From Candidatus Krumholzibacteriia bacterium (lineage in GTDB: Bacteria > Krumholzibacteriota > Krumholzibacteriia > LZORAL124-64-63), in assembly GCA_050174015.1 (NCBI GenBank), contig JBFXKG010000007.1, forward strand, positions 64,001 through 128,000: a stretch of 64,000 nucleotides of DNA, written 5' to 3'. Positions within the stretch are counted from its first letter, which is position 1, and every line of letters starts with the position of its first letter. The notes beneath the pieces were generated by a model, which was not told the origin of the DNA, searched no databases, and saw only the letters and a list, made by a program, of their open reading frames with translations. Positions 60,544 to 64,000 of the stretch are shown in pieces. The position numbers were made by a program, and so were the translations under genes.

Positions 60544-61404
60544 TCACGATCCCGGCTTGCCGACCATGGTCGCCAGCATCTTCTCCTGGTCGGAGGAGTC
60601 CGGTCCGGCCGTCTGGTGGCAGGCCAGGCACAGGTCGTACTTGGCGGGGAACGGGATCAGGAGATCCTCGCTGCCTGCGGTCAGAAGATGACAGGTCTGG
60701 CACTCGATCCTGCCGCCGAACAGGGGCGCCCGGTCATCCAGGTCCTTGCGGATGTGCCGCGCAGCGGTGCCGGTGCCCGGCCGCACGAGGACCCCGCGGG
60801 GATGGCTGCTGTGTTCGCTCACCGTGGTGATGCCCTTGGCCGTCGCGGCCTGCCAGGGCGAGGTCCGGTCGGCGTCGTGGCAGAGGAGGCAACCCTCGGA
60901 CAGGGTCTTGCCGATCAGGGCCCCGGATTCCTCGTGGTAGAGCTCCGCCGCCCGGCGGTGTCCTGCGGACAGGGCCTGCAGGTCCGCCCCGGGGGCGTGG
61001 CAGGAGCGGCAATGGCTGGCGTCGACCCGCTTGGCGGCGGTCAGTTCCACGCCGGATCCGGGACCGGTGGTCTTGCCGGGCTCGTGAAAGGAATGGCAGC
61101 GGGCGCAGTTGTCGGAACCCGGACGGTGGAATCCCAGGGTGGCGGCGAGACTTTCCGGATCGTCCTGGTGGCAGGTCCTGCAACGGTCGGACCGCCGATC
61201 ATCGCGGACGCCGGCGGTGGAGACGTCGCCGCCCATGCCCGCCGCGGCCACGCGGCCGCCCTGGAAGTGGCACCGGGTGCAGGCCAGGCGGTCGTGGGGG
61301 TGTGCCGTTTCCTGGGCCTTGGCAACCGGAACCAGGCACAGCAACACGATCACGACGAAGGAGGCGGCCCAGGGGCCTTGCGGGGTTTGATTTGTAATTT
61401 TCAT
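60544..61404 (-). CDS. Heptaheme c-type cytochrome (periplasmic/exported)
   Basis: Signal peptide; CTRCH, CRTCH, CARCH, CRSCH, CLLCH, CQTCH, CLACH; SHP.G..V...L.....G.I.C.TCH paired motif. Confidence 0.9.
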   Translation of the reverse strand: MKITNQTPQGPWAASFVVIVLLCLVPVAKAQETAHPHDRLACTRCHFQGGRVAAAGMGGDVSTAGVRDDRRSDRCRTCHQDDPESLAATLGFHRPGSDNCARCHSFHEPGKTTGPGSGVELTAAKRVDASHCRSCHAPGADLQALSAGHRRAAELYHEESGALIGKTLSEGCLLCHDADRTSPWQAATAKGITTVSEHSSHPRGVLVRPGTGTAARHIRKDLDDRAPLFGGRIECQTCHLLTAGSEDLLIPFPAKYDLCLACHQTAGPDSSDQEKMLATMVGKPGS

Positions 61405-61683
61405 ACTTTAAATATCGGAATCATGTTATTCCGGTTTAGAAAATATTTCCGTCTCTGGCCCCGGGGGAGGACAGGGTGAGGGCGGTTTTGCCGGATGGGA
61501 GGTGGAATCGACGGTTAACCATGGCGCCAACCGCCGCCCATGGGGTAGATTGCCGAGATGTGGCCATGGCATGGGGATTGCGACCATCAACCGTCCGGAC
61601 CTGACCGGAACCGGCCTGAGCCCTGAACCTGGAGAGTGGCGAAAGAGATGATCCCCGCGACCCCGAACGGCCCCGGGCCCCGG

Positions 61684-62133
61684 ATGAGAATCCTGGCGGC
61701 ATCCGTGTTGTGGATCCTGACCCTGGGCGCGCCCGCCACGGGCCAGGACGCGCAGGCGGTCGAGGGCGCCGGTCCGGGCGAGGTCTTCGCCGCCATCGCC
61801 TCAGCCTGGTCGCAGGAGGACCAGCAGGGCCTCGCCGACCGGGTGCATCCGGACGGCTTGAGGGTGGACCTGGCCGGGAACCGGGACCGCTCCATCCACT
61901 ACAGCCCCAGCCAGGCCTTCTACTTCTTCAAGAACCTCTTCCAGGGCCAGAGGACCCTTTCCTTCCGGTTCCAGCGGACCCAGGATGACGCCAGGGGGGA
62001 GCGGGCCCACGGGTTGGCCGCCTGGCGTTCCCGCCGGCCCAGTTCCGAGAACGTCAAGGAAACGAAGCTGGTCTTCGTCCTGGAACTCCACGAGGGACGC
62101 TGGATGCTGTCCGAGATCACCACCATCAAGTAG
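61684..62133 (+). CDS. Small exported hypothetical protein (NTF2-like)
   Basis: Signal peptide; YSPSQA...FKNLF; W.L.EI end; start may be 61636. Confidence 0.55.
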   Translation: MRILAASVLWILTLGAPATGQDAQAVEGAGPGEVFAAIASAWSQEDQQGLADRVHPDGLRVDLAGNRDRSIHYSPSQAFYFFKNLFQGQRTLSFRFQRTQDDARGERAHGLAAWRSRRPSSENVKETKLVFVLELHEGRWMLSEITTIK

Positions 62134-62142
62134 GAGCCCGCG

Positions 62143-64000
62143 ATGGCCTCGGCGCGCGACCGGGCACTTCCCATGGCGGTCATCCTCTGCCTGGCCGGGC
62201 AGGGCGGGCTCCTGGTCGCATCCGGCAAGGCCACGCCTTCCCCTCACCCCTTCCTGCCGGGAGCCTTCCTGGCCCTCGTCCTGGTCGTCCTGACGGCCAC
62301 CGCGATCGCAACCCGCGGGGGCAGGGTCCGGCATGCGACACCGGGGTTTGCCTCCCTCAAGCCGCTGGCGCTGGTCCTGCTGGCCGTCCAGCTGGGCCTG
62401 GCCTTGGCGCAGTTTCCCTCGACCGTTCCGGCGGCGAGCCGGTTCCCGGGCGAATCGTCCGCGGCCCTGGCGGCAGCCGAAGAGCACCTCGAGGGGATGC
62501 TGGAGGAACTCGAGGCCACCGGCGCCCATCTCCAGGGAGCGCTTGCGAGCGGGAGGGCGGAAGACCGGGACCTGTTCGCCCTGGGCCGATCCGTCCAGGC
62601 CCTCTGGAGCCGGACGGGCGCCGCGGGCTTCCCCCTGGAACTCGTGTTCTGGCGGGGGGAGGAAAGAGTGGCCTGGACCAGCCGCGCCGAACCCCTGACG
62701 CCGCGGGGCGATCCCTGGCTGCGGGAGAACCCCGGCCGTGCCGACCGATTGCTGGAGCAAGGCCGCCATTCCTGGGTCCTGAGGGACCTGGGGGTGACCG
62801 CCGGGGGCGTCCAGGCCGAAATCCAGGTTCCCCTCGCCGAGGGGGTCCTGGAGCCGATGATCCCCGGGGTGGTCCTCCAGGTCCTCGGTCCCGGCAAGGC
62901 CGCCCAGCTGAATCGGACCGATCCCACCGCCGGGAGGAACATCCACCTCGTCGCGGCCGACGGGGAGCCGGTGGCGAGGATCACGGCGGCCGAGGGCGCG
63001 CGGGGCCAGGGCGGGGACCTGATCCGGGTCCGCCTGTTCCTGGCCTCGTTCGGCGTCTGGATGCTGTCCCTGCCGGTCCTGGTCGGGCTGCTGCTGCCGG
63101 GAGCGGGTTGGATCCTCGCCTTGTGGGCGGGGCGGGCAGGTCTCGCCGCGGTCGATTTCTTCCGCTGGCTGCCGCTCTCCTTCCCGGGCCAGGAGTTCCC
63201 TGCCGATCCGCCTTCCCCGGCCAGCCTCTGCGATCCGGCCTATTTCGCCACGCCGGTGGGGTTCGGTCTCTTCGCCTCGGTCGCGGACGCCTTGCTGACG
63301 ACCGCGGTCCTGGGTCTTTCCGGCTGGTGGCTCATGGCCCGCCGGGGCATGGCGGGGGACGGACCGGCCTGGCGGTCCCCCTTCGCAGGCCGCGGACCGG
63401 CGGCCGCCCTGGCCTTCGGGCTGTCCGGGGGATTCGTCCTGCTGCTGCTGCGCGGATTCACCGGGCTCGTCGCCGCCAATGCCAACGCCCGGCTGATCGG
63501 GACGGGCGTCCCGCTGTCATCCCTCTCCTTCTGGGGGCTGCACCTGGTCCTCATGGGGACCGGCTTCGTCGCCGCTTCACTCCTGGCCGCCCTGGTCCGG
63601 GGGGATCGGGATCTCCGGGAGGCCGCGCCTCCCGAGCAGGCGGTATCCCTGCCGGGGGTCTTCGCCGGAGGAATCGCCGCCGTCGGTCTGTCGGGGACGG
63701 CAACCTGGTCGACGGCGGCCCTGGCCGCCGTCCTGGTCCTCCTGTTCTGGATCCTGGCCCCCGGGCTGGGGGCCGGGCACCGTTTCCTGCGACGCTGGAC
63801 CTGGCCGGCCCTGCTGCTGGTGATGGTGGTCTGGACCCACGCGTCGTTGAGGGGCGTCTACGAGCAGGCCGAGCGCAGCTGGCTGCAGAGGAAGTCCGAT
63901 CTCATCACCGAGGCCGACGAGGAGTGGACCCGGTTCCTCCTGGGCAGCCTCCTCGAGGACATGTCCACCCAGGATGCGGCCGCCGGCAAGGCCGACACCC
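62143..64000 (+). CDS. Large polytopic membrane protein, partial (possibly a sensor histidine kinase N-terminus)
   Basis: ATG after AGGAG; open frame with many TM segments to the window end; no catalytic domain visible. Confidence 0.55.
   Translation, partial: MASARDRALPMAVILCLAGQGGLLVASGKATPSPHPFLPGAFLALVLVVLTATAIATRGGRVRHATPGFASLKPLALVLLAVQLGLALAQFPSTVPAASRFPGESSAALAAAEEHLEGMLEELEATGAHLQGALASGRAEDRDLFALGRSVQALWSRTGAAGFPLELVFWRGEERVAWTSRAEPLTPRGDPWLRENPGRADRLLEQGRHSWVLRDLGVTAGGVQAEIQVPLAEGVLEPMIPGVVLQVLGPGKAAQLNRTDPTAGRNIHLVAADGEPVARITAAEGARGQGGDLIRVRLFLASFGVWMLSLPVLVGLLLPGAGWILALWAGRAGLAAVDFFRWLPLSFPGQEFPADPPSPASLCDPAYFATPVGFGLFASVADALLTTAVLGLSGWWLMARRGMAGDGPAWRSPFAGRGPAAALAFGLSGGFVLLLLRGFTGLVAANANARLIGTGVPLSSLSFWGLHLVLMGTGFVAASLLAALVRGDRDLREAAPPEQAVSLPGVFAGGIAAVGLSGTATWSTAALAAVLVLLFWILAPGLGAGHRFLRRWTWPALLLVMVVWTHASLRGVYEQAERSWLQRKSDLITEADEEWTRFLLGSLLEDMSTQDAAAGKADT

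Overview
High-GC, diderm, probably anaerobic bacterial chromosome segment. The C-terminal 'SWGDLKATFR' tail, gene content and codon style suggest an FCB-affiliated lineage such as Krumholzibacteriota/Latescibacterota/Eisenbacteria; this is inference, not proof. The first ~46 kb are mostly housekeeping: pta-ackA, Rrf2 regulator, add, PPi-type pfk, MoxR-DUF58-BatA, nifU-nifS, mfd, two PPIases, ftsEX-envC, holB-ricT, tatD-rsmA and secDF. Two things interrupt it: a REP-like repeat locus at ~25.4-25.8 kb, and an AT-richer island at ~32.6-35.5 kb encoding a lipoprotein with an alpha/beta-hydrolase and an FGE-type C-type-lectin domain (possible remote DGR target). The main finding is a minus-strand extracellular electron transfer cluster at 46.4-61.4 kb with 62 hand-counted CXXCH motifs. 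It holds a clear hexaheme OmcS nanowire homologue, a heptaheme OmcS-like paralogue, an NHL beta-propeller, a 42-heme paired-CXXCH cytochrome, a PPIase-like chaperone, a CsgG/LpoB-like lipoprotein plus an exported partner, an outer-membrane beta-barrel and a further 7-heme cytochrome. An HNH endonuclease gene sits between the two OmcS-like genes. No rRNA, tRNA, CRISPR array, reverse transcriptase or transposase was recognised. All calls come from reading the sequence; no searches were run.
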